Assembly (NCBI GenBank): GCA_041639545.1 | Contig: JBEQBZ010000005.1 | Span: 98,015 to 162,014 of the forward strand | Length of the DNA stretch: 64,000 bases | Origin: Methyloversatilis sp. | Lineage (GTDB): Bacteria > Pseudomonadota > Gammaproteobacteria > Burkholderiales > Rhodocyclaceae | Direction of reading: 5' to 3' | Shown here: one piece after another, positions 48,690 to 58,327 of the stretch | Numbering within the stretch: position 1 is the first letter of the stretch | How the letters are laid out: each line of letters begins with the position of its first letter | The notes under the pieces: generated by a model | What the model was told of the DNA's origin: nothing | What the model saw: only the letters and a program-made list of their open reading frames with translations | The model's database searches: none | Program-made: the position numbers and the translations under genes

Positions 48690-51104
48690 ATGAATCGCTT
48701 CGGTCTCAAGTGGAAGATTGCCGCCTGGTGCGCAGCCTTGCTGCTGATCACCCAATCGGGCGGCCTTCTGCTGTTCGGCACGATAGGACACAGCAGCGCG
48801 CTGGCTGACGCGCGGGCCGAATTGCAGACCGGTAACCGGGTGTTCGACCGCATGCTGGTCGATCGCACCGCACAGCTCACGCAGGCCGCCCGAGTGCTCT
48901 CGGCCGATTACGGTTTTCGCGAGGCACTGCTCAGTGGCGACCGGGACACCATTACTTCCGCGCTGTCCAACCATGGCGGGCGGATCAGTGCGGATCTGAT
49001 GCTGCTGCTGGCGCTGGATGAGTCGGTCATGGCCAGTTCTCCGTTTGATCCGGGGCGCATGCCGGAGCGTCTGCACCAGCTGATCGAGCACGCGCGCAAC
49101 AGCCCGACCCGCAACGGAGGCGGTTTCGCCGTGGTATCCGGCCAGCTTTATCAGGTGGTGGTGGTGCCGGTGATGGCGCCGGTGCCGGTGGCCTGGGTGG
49201 TGATGGGCTTCGGTGTCGACCAGCGTCTGATGAGCGAACTGAAAGGGGTGACCGGCCTCGAAGTGAGTTTCGTGCGACGCGCGGCCGATCAGCAGGGCTG
49301 GAAGCTCGTTTCGAGCACGCTGAACGAGCCGCTGCAGAGTCAGATGGTGCAGCAGTTGCCGCAGGCCTCGCTGTCCGAAGATGCGGGTACGCTCACGCTG
49401 GCCGGTCATGACTACGCAAGCCGCCTGCACGCGATCGATGCTGGCGGGCAGGAGGGCGTGGGGGCCGTGCTCCAGTTGTCACTGGATCGTGCTCTTGAAC
49501 CGTGGGAGCGACTGTTCAGGGAGTGGAGCGGCCTGTCCGTACTCGGCATGCTGGGCGCGCTCGCCGCCAGCGCCTTCATGGGCCGCTCCATCGCATCGCC
49601 GGTCATCCGGCTGGCCGACTTCGCGCGCAAGGTCGAGGCTGGCGAGTATGCCGCGCCCCCGGTCGTGGCCCGTGGCGACGAGATCGGGCAACTGGCCGAC
49701 GCCTTCACGCACATGACGGGGGCGATTGCCTCACGTGAGGCGCGGATTTCGGAACTGGCCTACTACGACGCCCTGACCGGCCTGCCGAACCGCACCTATT
49801 TCGCCGAACGGCTCGACGAGTACATCCGTGCCGCGGACACCGCAACCGTGGCCATCGTGAGCCTGGACATCGACCGTTTCAAGATGGTGAACGATGCGCT
49901 GGGCCACGATCTTGGCGACCTTCTGCTCAAGGAGGTCGCCCGCCGGCTGCGCGAGGCCCTGCGCGATGTGCGCGACCAGGTCGCGCGGCTGGGCGGCGAT
50001 GAATTCGCCGTCATGCTGCCCGACGCCGATGTGCGTCAGGCCTTCGGTGTCGCGCAGCGCATTGCCGATGCGCTGAACCAGCCGATGAACATCGAAGGCC
50101 AGATGGTCGATGTCAGCGCCAGCATGGGCGTGTCGGCCTATCCGGAGCAGGGGGGCAGTGCCCGTGATCTCATGCGTCACGCCGATGTCGCGATGTATCT
50201 GGCCAAACGCCACAACTCGGTGGTGGAAATCTACGATCCCCAGCACGAGAACCGGAACGTCGAGCGCCTGTCGCTGCTGTCCGAACTGCGCAATGCGGTC
50301 GAGCGCGACGAACTGGTGCTCTATTACCAGCCTAAGGTGTCCGCCGTGCCTGATCCGGTCCACCACGTCGAAGCGCTGGTTCGCTGGATCCACCCCACGC
50401 GGGGCTTCATTCCGCCCTTCGAGTTCATCCCGTTCGCGGAACAGACCGGCTACATCAAGGCCATCACGCTCTGGGTCATGAATGCGGCGGTGAAGCAGTG
50501 CGGCCTTTGGCTCAGGCAGGGACTCGAGGTGAACGTGTCGCTCAACATTTCTGCACGCGACCTGCTGAATCCGGACCTGCCTGCCCTGTTTGCGGACATG
50601 CTCCGGCGGCACGCCTGCCCGGCCCGGCTGATCACGCTCGAAATCACCGAAAGCGCGGTGCTGGACGATCCGCTGCGTGCGCTGGCCAATCTTCAGGTAC
50701 TGCGCGATACCGGCTGCGAAATGTCCATCGATGACTACGGCACCGGCTACTCCTCGCTGTCCTACCTGCGGCAGATGCCGGTCAGCGAGATGAAGATAGA
50801 CCGCAGCTTCGTGATGCATCTGCTGGAAAACCCGAACGACGAAATCATCGTCCGCTCGACCATCGAACTGGCGCACAACATGGGCCTCAAGGTGACTGCC
50901 GAAGGCGTGGAAACCGAAGAGGTGCTCAAGCGGCTCGGGGAACTGGGCTGTGACCTTGCCCAGGGCTATCTGATCAGCAAGCCGATCCCGGCCGATGCAC
51001 TCGAGCGCTGGTTCCGCGAGTCCCGCTGGGCCGGACAAGGCGATACGGCGGCGCCCGGAGCGGTGCGACCGGACCGTGAGGCCGCACTCGCCGATGCGGA
51101 GTGA
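48690..51104 (+). CDS. Membrane Cache-HAMP-GGDEF-EAL c-di-GMP enzyme
   Basis: DALTGLPNR, RLGGDEF, VEALVRW, EITES, IDDYGTGYSSL, KIDRSF, AEGVE, QGY all intact. Confidence 0.93.
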   Translation: MNRFGLKWKIAAWCAALLLITQSGGLLLFGTIGHSSALADARAELQTGNRVFDRMLVDRTAQLTQAARVLSADYGFREALLSGDRDTITSALSNHGGRISADLMLLLALDESVMASSPFDPGRMPERLHQLIEHARNSPTRNGGGFAVVSGQLYQVVVVPVMAPVPVAWVVMGFGVDQRLMSELKGVTGLEVSFVRRAADQQGWKLVSSTLNEPLQSQMVQQLPQASLSEDAGTLTLAGHDYASRLHAIDAGGQEGVGAVLQLSLDRALEPWERLFREWSGLSVLGMLGALAASAFMGRSIASPVIRLADFARKVEAGEYAAPPVVARGDEIGQLADAFTHMTGAIASREARISELAYYDALTGLPNRTYFAERLDEYIRAADTATVAIVSLDIDRFKMVNDALGHDLGDLLLKEVARRLREALRDVRDQVARLGGDEFAVMLPDADVRQAFGVAQRIADALNQPMNIEGQMVDVSASMGVSAYPEQGGSARDLMRHADVAMYLAKRHNSVVEIYDPQHENRNVERLSLLSELRNAVERDELVLYYQPKVSAVPDPVHHVEALVRWIHPTRGFIPPFEFIPFAEQTGYIKAITLWVMNAAVKQCGLWLRQGLEVNVSLNISARDLLNPDLPALFADMLRRHACPARLITLEITESAVLDDPLRALANLQVLRDTGCEMSIDDYGTGYSSLSYLRQMPVSEMKIDRSFVMHLLENPNDEIIVRSTIELAHNMGLKVTAEGVETEEVLKRLGELGCDLAQGYLISKPIPADALERWFRESRWAGQGDTAAPGAVRPDREAALADAE

Positions 51105-51180
51105 GGCCGCGATGCCGCAAGGTGCTGGCCCGGACAATGCTTCGGGTTACAGTATCGAGTCACAGAGGGAGTCCATTTCA

Positions 51181-52020
51181 ATGATCAAGCGCCAGGGGCC
51201 CCTGGAAATCATCACCCGCCGTCCGCCCGGAGGCGGGCGTCCGCAACCGCTGCTCTTCGTGCATGGCGCCTACACCGCGGCCTGGTGCTGGGACGAACAC
51301 TTTCTGCCCTTCTTTGCCGAAGCCGGCTACGCCGCAACCGCGCTGTCGCTGTCCGGCCACGGCGGCAGCCCCGGGCGCGAGTACCTCGACCTGATCAGTC
51401 TGGACGACTACGTCCGGGACGTGGTCGAGGTGATGGACGGATTTGATACGCCACCTGTGCTGATCGGACACTCGATGGGCGGCATGGTGGTACAGAAGTG
51501 TCTCGAGATGAGACAGGTGCCCGCGGCCGTCCTGATGGCATCGGTGCCGCCGCAGGGGCTGTGGGCCTCGGCGGTCGGCCTGGTCATGCGCAAGCCGGAT
51601 CTGATGTCCGAACTGAACACGCTGCTGGCCGGCGGCGGTACCTCGCTCGATGCGCTGCGCGACGCGCTGTTCGCGCAGCCGGTGTCGATGGAGCGCTTGC
51701 AGCAGATGGCAGCCCGGGTGCAGCCGGAATCGGCACGGGTGATCTGGGACATGACCCTGTTCAACCTGCCCCAGCCGGCGCGCATGCACCGGCCGCCGAT
51801 GCTGCTGCTGGGCGCGGAATGCGATCCCATCATTCCGCCGGCCCTGACCGAAATGACCTCGCGTGCGCTGGGCGTGCAGCCGCACGTGTTTCCGGGCATG
51901 GGGCACGGCATGATGCTCGAAGCCGACTGGCGCAAGGTGGGCCAGCGCATGCTCGACTGGCTCGACGATACGCTGGCCGATGCGGCCGCCGACGAACCCG
52001 ACTGCCAGACCGGCAATTAG
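51181..52020 (+). CDS. Alpha/beta hydrolase
   Basis: FVHGAY, GHSMGG nucleophile elbow, GAECD, GHGMM. Confidence 0.88.
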   Translation: MIKRQGPLEIITRRPPGGGRPQPLLFVHGAYTAAWCWDEHFLPFFAEAGYAATALSLSGHGGSPGREYLDLISLDDYVRDVVEVMDGFDTPPVLIGHSMGGMVVQKCLEMRQVPAAVLMASVPPQGLWASAVGLVMRKPDLMSELNTLLAGGGTSLDALRDALFAQPVSMERLQQMAARVQPESARVIWDMTLFNLPQPARMHRPPMLLLGAECDPIIPPALTEMTSRALGVQPHVFPGMGHGMMLEADWRKVGQRMLDWLDDTLADAAADEPDCQTGN

Positions 52021-52709
52021 CGCATGCGTGTGGCTGGCGCTGCGTGCGCCGCCAGATAGGCCAGGATGTCCGGGACCCGCAGCTGCGGTTCGCCGGGTAC
52101 GGGCCGGGAGCCGGTCACCCGGTTCATCCACGCCATATTGCGTTCCATCCTGCTCACCACCCGCCGCCATTCGCCGGCGGTGCGGGTGGCCGGCTCCGGC
52201 AGTACATGGCACTGGGCGCAGGCATCGCGGAAGCTGCGACCGCGCGTGTCAAGGTCCGGATAGCGGGCCCTATCAATAGGCGTCTGTGCATTACGTCTCA
52301 GATAGCCGATCAGCATGTGTAGTTCTTCCTCGTCTGGCGTCGCCAGACCTCCCATCATCTGCTTCATCTGAGTCCCACGGTTTCCGTACCCGCGCATGCG
52401 CACCACCATGCGGTCGACGATCTTCGGCCACTTGTCGGGGTGATGCATGGCCGGATTCGGCAAGTGGTGGCACTGCACGCAGTAGCGCGCCAGCAGCGCG
52501 GCGCCGTGCGAGCCGGCGTCCGGCAGCGTGGCGGCATCGACCGAGGGCGGCAGGATGCGGGCCATCCATCCGGCCTGCGGCGAGCCTTCCCAGCGGGCGC
52601 GCGCGACATCGATCAGAGCCTGGTTTTCCGCCGGCCCGGCGGCAGCGAGCTGCGCAGGGCAGAACAGCAGGAGTGGTAGCAGAAGTGCGGTTGTACGACG
52701 ACCGGACAT
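52017..52709 (-). CDS. Periplasmic diheme c-type cytochrome
   Basis: Signal peptide; two internally repeated units, CVQCH..P.P..H....W....RM and CAQCH..P.P......W....RM. Confidence 0.85.
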   Translation of the reverse strand: MSGRRTTALLLPLLLFCPAQLAAAGPAENQALIDVARARWEGSPQAGWMARILPPSVDAATLPDAGSHGAALLARYCVQCHHLPNPAMHHPDKWPKIVDRMVVRMRGYGNRGTQMKQMMGGLATPDEEELHMLIGYLRRNAQTPIDRARYPDLDTRGRSFRDACAQCHVLPEPATRTAGEWRRVVSRMERNMAWMNRVTGSRPVPGEPQLRVPDILAYLAAHAAPATRMR

Positions 52710-52899
52710 GAATATGCGGGGAGGAGGTCAGACTTCTCCAGATTAGTCCAGCAAGAACGGCCGGCAAGGTCGCGGACGAACGGGTGCACCGCCGTGTAAA
52801 AAATCGGTGCAGCGGCGCATCGGCCGTCCGGACGATTAAAGACCGGAATGCAGCAGGCCGATAGCCGGTTTATCGGCAGTCGGGGACGGGAAGACAGAA

Positions 52900-53094
52900 A
52901 TGGATCTGTTCGATTTCATGAGCGGCAAGTCGATCGGCCGCAGTCAGGACTACGGCGACGAAGTGATGAACGCAGGCTGGCTGCCGCATCTTGAAGCGGC
53001 GGCCGGAGGCCGTCGTTCGCAGGTCGTGCGCCCGCGCAGTGCGGTGGCGGATCCGGACGCCTTCCTGCGCGACATCTACCGCGCCCAGGAATGA
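52900..53094 (+). CDS. Small hypothetical protein (64 aa)
   Basis: Purine-rich RBS, host-like codon usage, sits alone in a long intergenic gap. Confidence 0.6.
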   Translation: MDLFDFMSGKSIGRSQDYGDEVMNAGWLPHLEAAAGGRRSQVVRPRSAVADPDAFLRDIYRAQE

Positions 53095-53263
53095 TCTGAC
53101 GGCGCCGTCAGGCGTCCCGCCTGTCGTACGCCTTCTTTGCAGTGGCTCAAGCGCCTGCCCCATCCAACCCGGGTAATATGGCGCGCATGCCGCATCCTGT
53201 CCGATCCCCCAAGCATTCAAGCCTGATTCCGGCCGGTCCTCGTCTGCAGACGGAGGACCGCGC

Positions 53264-55126
53264 ATGAACGACGTGCGCCGGCTCGGACGCTATGTGCTGG
53301 GCCGGGAAATCGGCCGTGGCGAACGTGGCGCGGTATTCGAAGCGACCGAACCGGGCGCCGGACGTACGCTGGCACTCAAGCTTTTCCGCATCGATATCGT
53401 GGCCGACCCCGACACCTATGTTCGTGCGCTCGGCCGCAGCATGCTGGCGGCCTCCGGCCTGCGGCATCCGGGCGTGGTGCGGGTGATCGAACAGGGCGTG
53501 GCCGCCGACGGCCAGCCCTGGGTGGTCAGTGAGCGGCCGGATGCGCGCTCGCTGCGCCAGCTGCTGGACGTACTGCCGCGCATGTCCTTCGAGTGGGTGC
53601 GCAGCATCGGGCTGCAGGTGGCGGAGGCGCTGGCCTGTGCCCATGCTGCCGGCGTGGTGCATGGCGGGCTGAAGGCGTCCAACATCCTGATCGACGGCGA
53701 AGGCCGGGTGTCGGTGACCGACTTCGGCCTGCCAGTGCCGTCGCCGGATGCGTTGCCGGCGATGCCGCAGTACCTGTCGCCTGAACAGGTGCAGGGCCTG
53801 CCGCCGGATGCGCGGTCCGACGTGTTCTCGCTTGGCGCGCTGATGTTCGAAATGCTGGCGGGCCGGCCGCCTTTCGGCTCACCGCTGACCGGTTCGCTGG
53901 GCACCGTGCTGGAAAACATTGCCCATGCGCCGACGCCGACGCCCAGTGCGCTCGACCCGGATGTGCCGCCCGATCTCGATATCGTCGTGATGAAGGCGCT
54001 CGCCAAGTCGCCGGTGGACCGTTACGCCGATGCCGCCGCGCTGGCCACCGCGCTGCGCGGGGCAGTGCTGGATGCAGTCGCTGCGCCCGCACAGGCGCAG
54101 CCGGCGGATACCCCGCGGCCATCGCCGACGCACGTCGAGGAGGCCTCGCCGCCCTACCGGCGCGGCCGTTCGGGCAAGCCGGCTGCGCCGGTCGACGACG
54201 TGCTGGCCGAACTGGCGGCCGATATCGATGCCTTCTCCGCCCGCGGCACGCCGGATGCGTCGTTAGGGCAGCCTGTACCCGCCCGGACACCGGCCCGGAG
54301 CGGTCGTGATGCCGGTGCTGAACCGGTGGCCTTCCCGACGCTGACTGACGCGCCGACCCCGCGCCCGCTCGGTACGGCAGCCGCTGCGCCGGCGGTGCGT
54401 CCGCAGGCACCGCCGGCTGCGGCGCCCTCTGCAACGCCGGCGACGGCGTCTTCGCTGCTGGCCGATCTGGCGGGCGAGGCGCAGCGCATCCGTGCGCACG
54501 CGATGCAGATGCAGCGTGGCGAACAGGCGGCGCGCACCGGCGCGGAGCAGGCGCTGTCGCAGCGCCTGCTGCGGGTGCGCGACTACTTCACCCAGCTGTC
54601 CGCCCAGCTCAACGTGATCCGGCCGCAGGTGGCCCGCGACTACGCCCTGCTCGGTCTGGGCGTGCTGCGCGGGCTGTCCTGGCAGGCGTCCGACGTCAAT
54701 GCACGCCAGCGCGGCCCGGAGGCGCCTGATCAGATCGCCCGCGTGTCGCTGTCATGGCAGTTGCGCGGGCAGTCGGTGCTGCGCTGCGAGCGCGACGCGC
54801 TGTCGGCCGATGCGCTGCGGGCGGCGCTGAAGGAGCACGGCCTGCGCTTCGAGGAACAGCCCTCGCGCGACGACTACGGCCGGCTGCGCGCGCAGGTGTT
54901 TGAAGTGGCGCCGGACGTGCGTGGCCGCGCCGAACTGGTGGCCGATTACGCGACGCTGACGCTGCGGCTCACGCTGCAGAACGTCGAGCGTTTCGGCGTC
55001 GTCGATTACACGCCGCCGGCAGACGACGCCGGCAACGAATGGCTGGACGAACTGGTGCGCCTGCTGCTCGGCCAGCCCAGCCGCTTCCCGACGCTGGCGC
55101 GTCTCATCGTGCCGTCCGCCGGCTGA
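53264..55126 (+). CDS. Ser/Thr kinase-fold pseudokinase with Pro/Ala linker and unknown C-terminal domain
   Basis: ALK, DFG, YLSPEQ and DVFSLG retained; catalytic loop reads HGGLKASN (no HRD Asp); GGAGG RBS. Confidence 0.85.
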   Translation: MNDVRRLGRYVLGREIGRGERGAVFEATEPGAGRTLALKLFRIDIVADPDTYVRALGRSMLAASGLRHPGVVRVIEQGVAADGQPWVVSERPDARSLRQLLDVLPRMSFEWVRSIGLQVAEALACAHAAGVVHGGLKASNILIDGEGRVSVTDFGLPVPSPDALPAMPQYLSPEQVQGLPPDARSDVFSLGALMFEMLAGRPPFGSPLTGSLGTVLENIAHAPTPTPSALDPDVPPDLDIVVMKALAKSPVDRYADAAALATALRGAVLDAVAAPAQAQPADTPRPSPTHVEEASPPYRRGRSGKPAAPVDDVLAELAADIDAFSARGTPDASLGQPVPARTPARSGRDAGAEPVAFPTLTDAPTPRPLGTAAAAPAVRPQAPPAAAPSATPATASSLLADLAGEAQRIRAHAMQMQRGEQAARTGAEQALSQRLLRVRDYFTQLSAQLNVIRPQVARDYALLGLGVLRGLSWQASDVNARQRGPEAPDQIARVSLSWQLRGQSVLRCERDALSADALRAALKEHGLRFEEQPSRDDYGRLRAQVFEVAPDVRGRAELVADYATLTLRLTLQNVERFGVVDYTPPADDAGNEWLDELVRLLLGQPSRFPTLARLIVPSAG

Positions 55127-55254
55127 TTTCTGTCGCCCGCCGCCCGATCACTTGATCGGGCGCGAATGATGCTTCATCTTTCACGGGTGCGCGCCGCTCC
55201 AGAAATCGCTGCGGCGCGCCGTGGATGCAGTCATCAGGTTTCGGGAGACCAGCC

Positions 55255-56220
55255 ATGCAGCAGGCGGACATTCGGATTCCTCTGGCGGAATGCCGCGAGA
55301 TCTACGACGTCGGTGACGTCGACCGTGCGATGGAAACCGGCAGCCCCTCGCGCAACGAGGCGCTGACCGCCTTCTACGCCAAGATGAAGTCGCTGGGCGG
55401 CACCCGCTACGTGGTCAAACCCTCGTCCTTCGAAGGGCTGCGGCCGCTGTATGCGCGCTGTCCCAATTTCGCCCCGGTGCTGGACGACCTGAAGCGTTCG
55501 CTGGCGCTGGCGGTGGCCGGCAACGAGCCGGTCAGCTTCACCCCCATCCTGCTGCTGGGCGAGCCGGGCATCGGCAAGACCCACTTCGCGCGTCAGCTCG
55601 CCAACGTGCTGGGCACCGGCTTCGAATTCGTGTCCATGTCCTCGCTCACCGCCGGCTGGATCCTGTCCGGTGCGTCGTCGCAGTGGTCGCACGCCAAGCC
55701 GGGCAAGGTGGCGCAGGCCCTGGTGTGCGGTGACTACGCCAATCCGCTGATGGTGCTGGACGAGGTGGACAAGGCCGGCGGCGACGCGCGCTACGACCCG
55801 ATGGGCGCGCTGTACGGCCTGCTCGAACAGGACACCGCGCGCCAGTTCCGCGACGAGTTCGTCGAGGTCGACATCGACGCCAGTCACATCATGTGGGTGT
55901 CTACCGCCAACGACGAGCGCGCCATTCCCGAGCCCATTCTGAGCCGGATGAATGTCTATACGGTGCCGCGGCCGGACCGCGAACAGGCCCGCTCCATCGC
56001 CCGCATGCTGTACGAGGAACTGGTGGCGGCGCACGACTGGGGCTTCGAGCCGGAACCGGCGGACGAGGTGCTGGAGCGGCTGGCCGAGGTGCCGCCGCGC
56101 GACATGCGCAAGGTGCTGCTGGCCGCCTTCGGCAATGCCAAGCTGGCGCAGCGCGACCATCTGCTGCCGGCCGATCTCGATGCCGGGCGGGCCAGCCGGC
56201 CGAAGAAGATCGGCTTCTGA
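55255..56220 (+). CDS. Lon-like AAA+ ATPase without protease domain
   Basis: Walker A GEPGIGKT, Walker B MVLDEVDK, NPLMV and FRDEFVEVDID resemble the Lon AAA module; ends KKIGF. Confidence 0.85.
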   Translation: MQQADIRIPLAECREIYDVGDVDRAMETGSPSRNEALTAFYAKMKSLGGTRYVVKPSSFEGLRPLYARCPNFAPVLDDLKRSLALAVAGNEPVSFTPILLLGEPGIGKTHFARQLANVLGTGFEFVSMSSLTAGWILSGASSQWSHAKPGKVAQALVCGDYANPLMVLDEVDKAGGDARYDPMGALYGLLEQDTARQFRDEFVEVDIDASHIMWVSTANDERAIPEPILSRMNVYTVPRPDREQARSIARMLYEELVAAHDWGFEPEPADEVLERLAEVPPRDMRKVLLAAFGNAKLAQRDHLLPADLDAGRASRPKKIGF

Positions 56221-56238
56221 GCGTGCCGCCCGCGCGCG

Positions 56239-57381
56239 CTACAGCGTGTGGCTGCGGTCGCCGCGCGCGAAGCCGAGCAGCGCTGCGTCGTCCAGCCCGC
56301 GGGTGGTGCAGATCACCTTGAACAGTTCGCCCATTTCGGCCGGCGAGGTGAGCCGGTTCAGCGCGCTGTTCTCCCGTGCCCGCGTCAGGGAGTCGGCGTC
56401 GCGGTCGAGCAGGTCGAGCACACCGCAGTTCAGCAGGAAATAGGCCTGCGAGGTGTAGCCGGCCAGCGACATGCCGGCGTCGAAAGCGGACTGGGCCACC
56501 GCGGTGAAATCGACATGGGCGGTCAGGTCGTTCAGGCCGGGCATCCACAGCGGGTCGGTGTGGGCGTGGTGGCGGTAGTGGCACATCAGGGTGCCGGTGC
56601 GCCGGTCCGGGTGGTAGTACTCGGCCTGCGGAAAGCCGTAGTCGATCAGCAGCAGTGCGCCGCGACCGATGCGGCGAGCCCATTCGGCCACCCAGGCGCG
56701 GGCGGCGAAATTGATTTCGCTGTCGTAGCCGTCGCTGAAACCGAGCGCCCGTGCCTCGTTGGCCAGATCGGCCGGCGCCGGTCGCCACACGATTTCGAGC
56801 GCGCCGTCGGCGGTGGCGCCGACGCCGGCCTGTTCGATGCCGTCGGTGCCGGCGCGCAAGCGCTCGACCGGCATGGCGTCCAGCACTTCGTTGCCGATCA
56901 CGACGCCGTCAAACTGTTCCGGCAGGCTGTCCAGCCAGACCACACGGTCGGCCAGATGCGGCCGTTCGGCGGCGATCAGCGCCTGCTGCCGTGCGCGCAG
57001 ATCGGCCGACAGTTCGAGGATGGCGTAGCGCTCGGGCAGCGCGCCCAGCCGCTCCAGTTCGGCCAGCAGATCGGCGGCCAGACGGCCGCTGCCGGCGCCG
57101 GCCTCGATCAGGCTGGGTGCGCTGCGCGCCATCAGTTCGGCCAGCTGGCGGGCCAGACTGCGCCCGAACAGCGGCGACAGCTCCGGGGCGGTGACGAAAT
57201 CGCCGCCTGCGCCGAACTTTTGCAGTGCACCGCTGTAATAGCCCAGACCGGGGGCGTACAGCGCCCGCTCCATGTAGCGGCTGAACGGCATCCAGCCGTC
57301 GCTGGCGAACTCGCCGAGTATGCGCGCGCGCAGACGGGCGCTGTGGGCGAGGGCATCGGCATCGGGCTGGGGCAGGGACAT
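56239..57381 (-). CDS. SAM-dependent methyltransferase, MidA/NDUFAF7 family
   Basis: ALYAPGLGYY, GDFVTAPE, EAGAGSG, NEVLDAMP, IDYG, DLTAHVDF, MGELFKV. Confidence 0.92.
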   Translation of the reverse strand: MSLPQPDADALAHSARLRARILGEFASDGWMPFSRYMERALYAPGLGYYSGALQKFGAGGDFVTAPELSPLFGRSLARQLAELMARSAPSLIEAGAGSGRLAADLLAELERLGALPERYAILELSADLRARQQALIAAERPHLADRVVWLDSLPEQFDGVVIGNEVLDAMPVERLRAGTDGIEQAGVGATADGALEIVWRPAPADLANEARALGFSDGYDSEINFAARAWVAEWARRIGRGALLLIDYGFPQAEYYHPDRRTGTLMCHYRHHAHTDPLWMPGLNDLTAHVDFTAVAQSAFDAGMSLAGYTSQAYFLLNCGVLDLLDRDADSLTRARENSALNRLTSPAEMGELFKVICTTRGLDDAALLGFARGDRSHTL

Positions 57382-57479
57382 GGTGCGGTAATCGTGGCAA
57401 ACAGCGGGCGCGGGTCCGCGATAATGCGGCATTGAGACACGGCGGACAAACCGTCGGGCGGAACAACGGTGAGGGAAAA

Positions 57480-58226
57480 ATGGCGATTGAACACGGCAGG
57501 GTGGCCCTGATCACCGGCGCCGCGCGGCGGCTGGGCGCGCAGATCGCGCGCACGCTGCACGACGCTGGCTGGCGGGTGGCCATCCATTACCGGCAGTCGG
57601 CGGAGGAAGCGCTGCTGCTGCTGGATGAACTCAATGCGCGGCGTGGCAAGAGTGCGTGCTGCCTGTCGGCCGACCTGCTGGACACCGCCCGGCTGCCGGA
57701 ACTGGTGGACAAGACGATCGCCAAGTTCGGTCGGCTGGATGCGCTGATCAACAATGCGTCGTCCTTCTATCCGACCCCGGTCGGCAGCATCACGCTGCGT
57801 GACTGGGACGACCTCACCGGCAGCAATTTCCGCGCGCCGCTGTTCCTGTCGCAGGCAGCTGCGCCTGCGCTGCGCGACAGTGGTGGCTGCATCGTAAATA
57901 TCGCCGACATCCATGCCGACCGGCCGCTGCCCGGCTATGCGCTGTACAGCGCGTCGAAGGGTGCGCTGGCCACGCTCACCCGGGCGCTGGCGATCGAGCT
58001 GGCGCCGCAGGTGCGGGTGAATGGCGTGGCGCCGGGGCCGATACAGTGGCCGGAAAACGACCTGTTCGATGCCGCCGAGCGCGAACGCATCGTGCAGCAG
58101 ACGCTGCTGCGGCGGGAAGGTCATCCACAGGACATCGCGCGTACGGTACGCTTCCTGGTCGACGATGCGCCCTACATCACCGGCCAGATCATCGCGGTGG
58201 ATGGCGGGCGCAGCGTGCATTTGTGA
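57480..58226 (+). CDS. Pteridine reductase (FolM/PTR1-type SDR)
   Basis: TGAARRLG, NNASSFYPT, YSASK, VNGVAPG; divergent from the MidA-type gene. Confidence 0.88.
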   Translation: MAIEHGRVALITGAARRLGAQIARTLHDAGWRVAIHYRQSAEEALLLLDELNARRGKSACCLSADLLDTARLPELVDKTIAKFGRLDALINNASSFYPTPVGSITLRDWDDLTGSNFRAPLFLSQAAAPALRDSGGCIVNIADIHADRPLPGYALYSASKGALATLTRALAIELAPQVRVNGVAPGPIQWPENDLFDAAERERIVQQTLLRREGHPQDIARTVRFLVDDAPYITGQIIAVDGGRSVHL

Positions 58227-58327
58227 CGCATCCGTAGAACCTTTGTCGTATTGCCGCAGTGAAGGCGTGCGTGTAGCGTCGCCTTAGTTTGTAAAATGGC
58301 GCAAAGTTCCCGCCCATCCGGCCAGTC

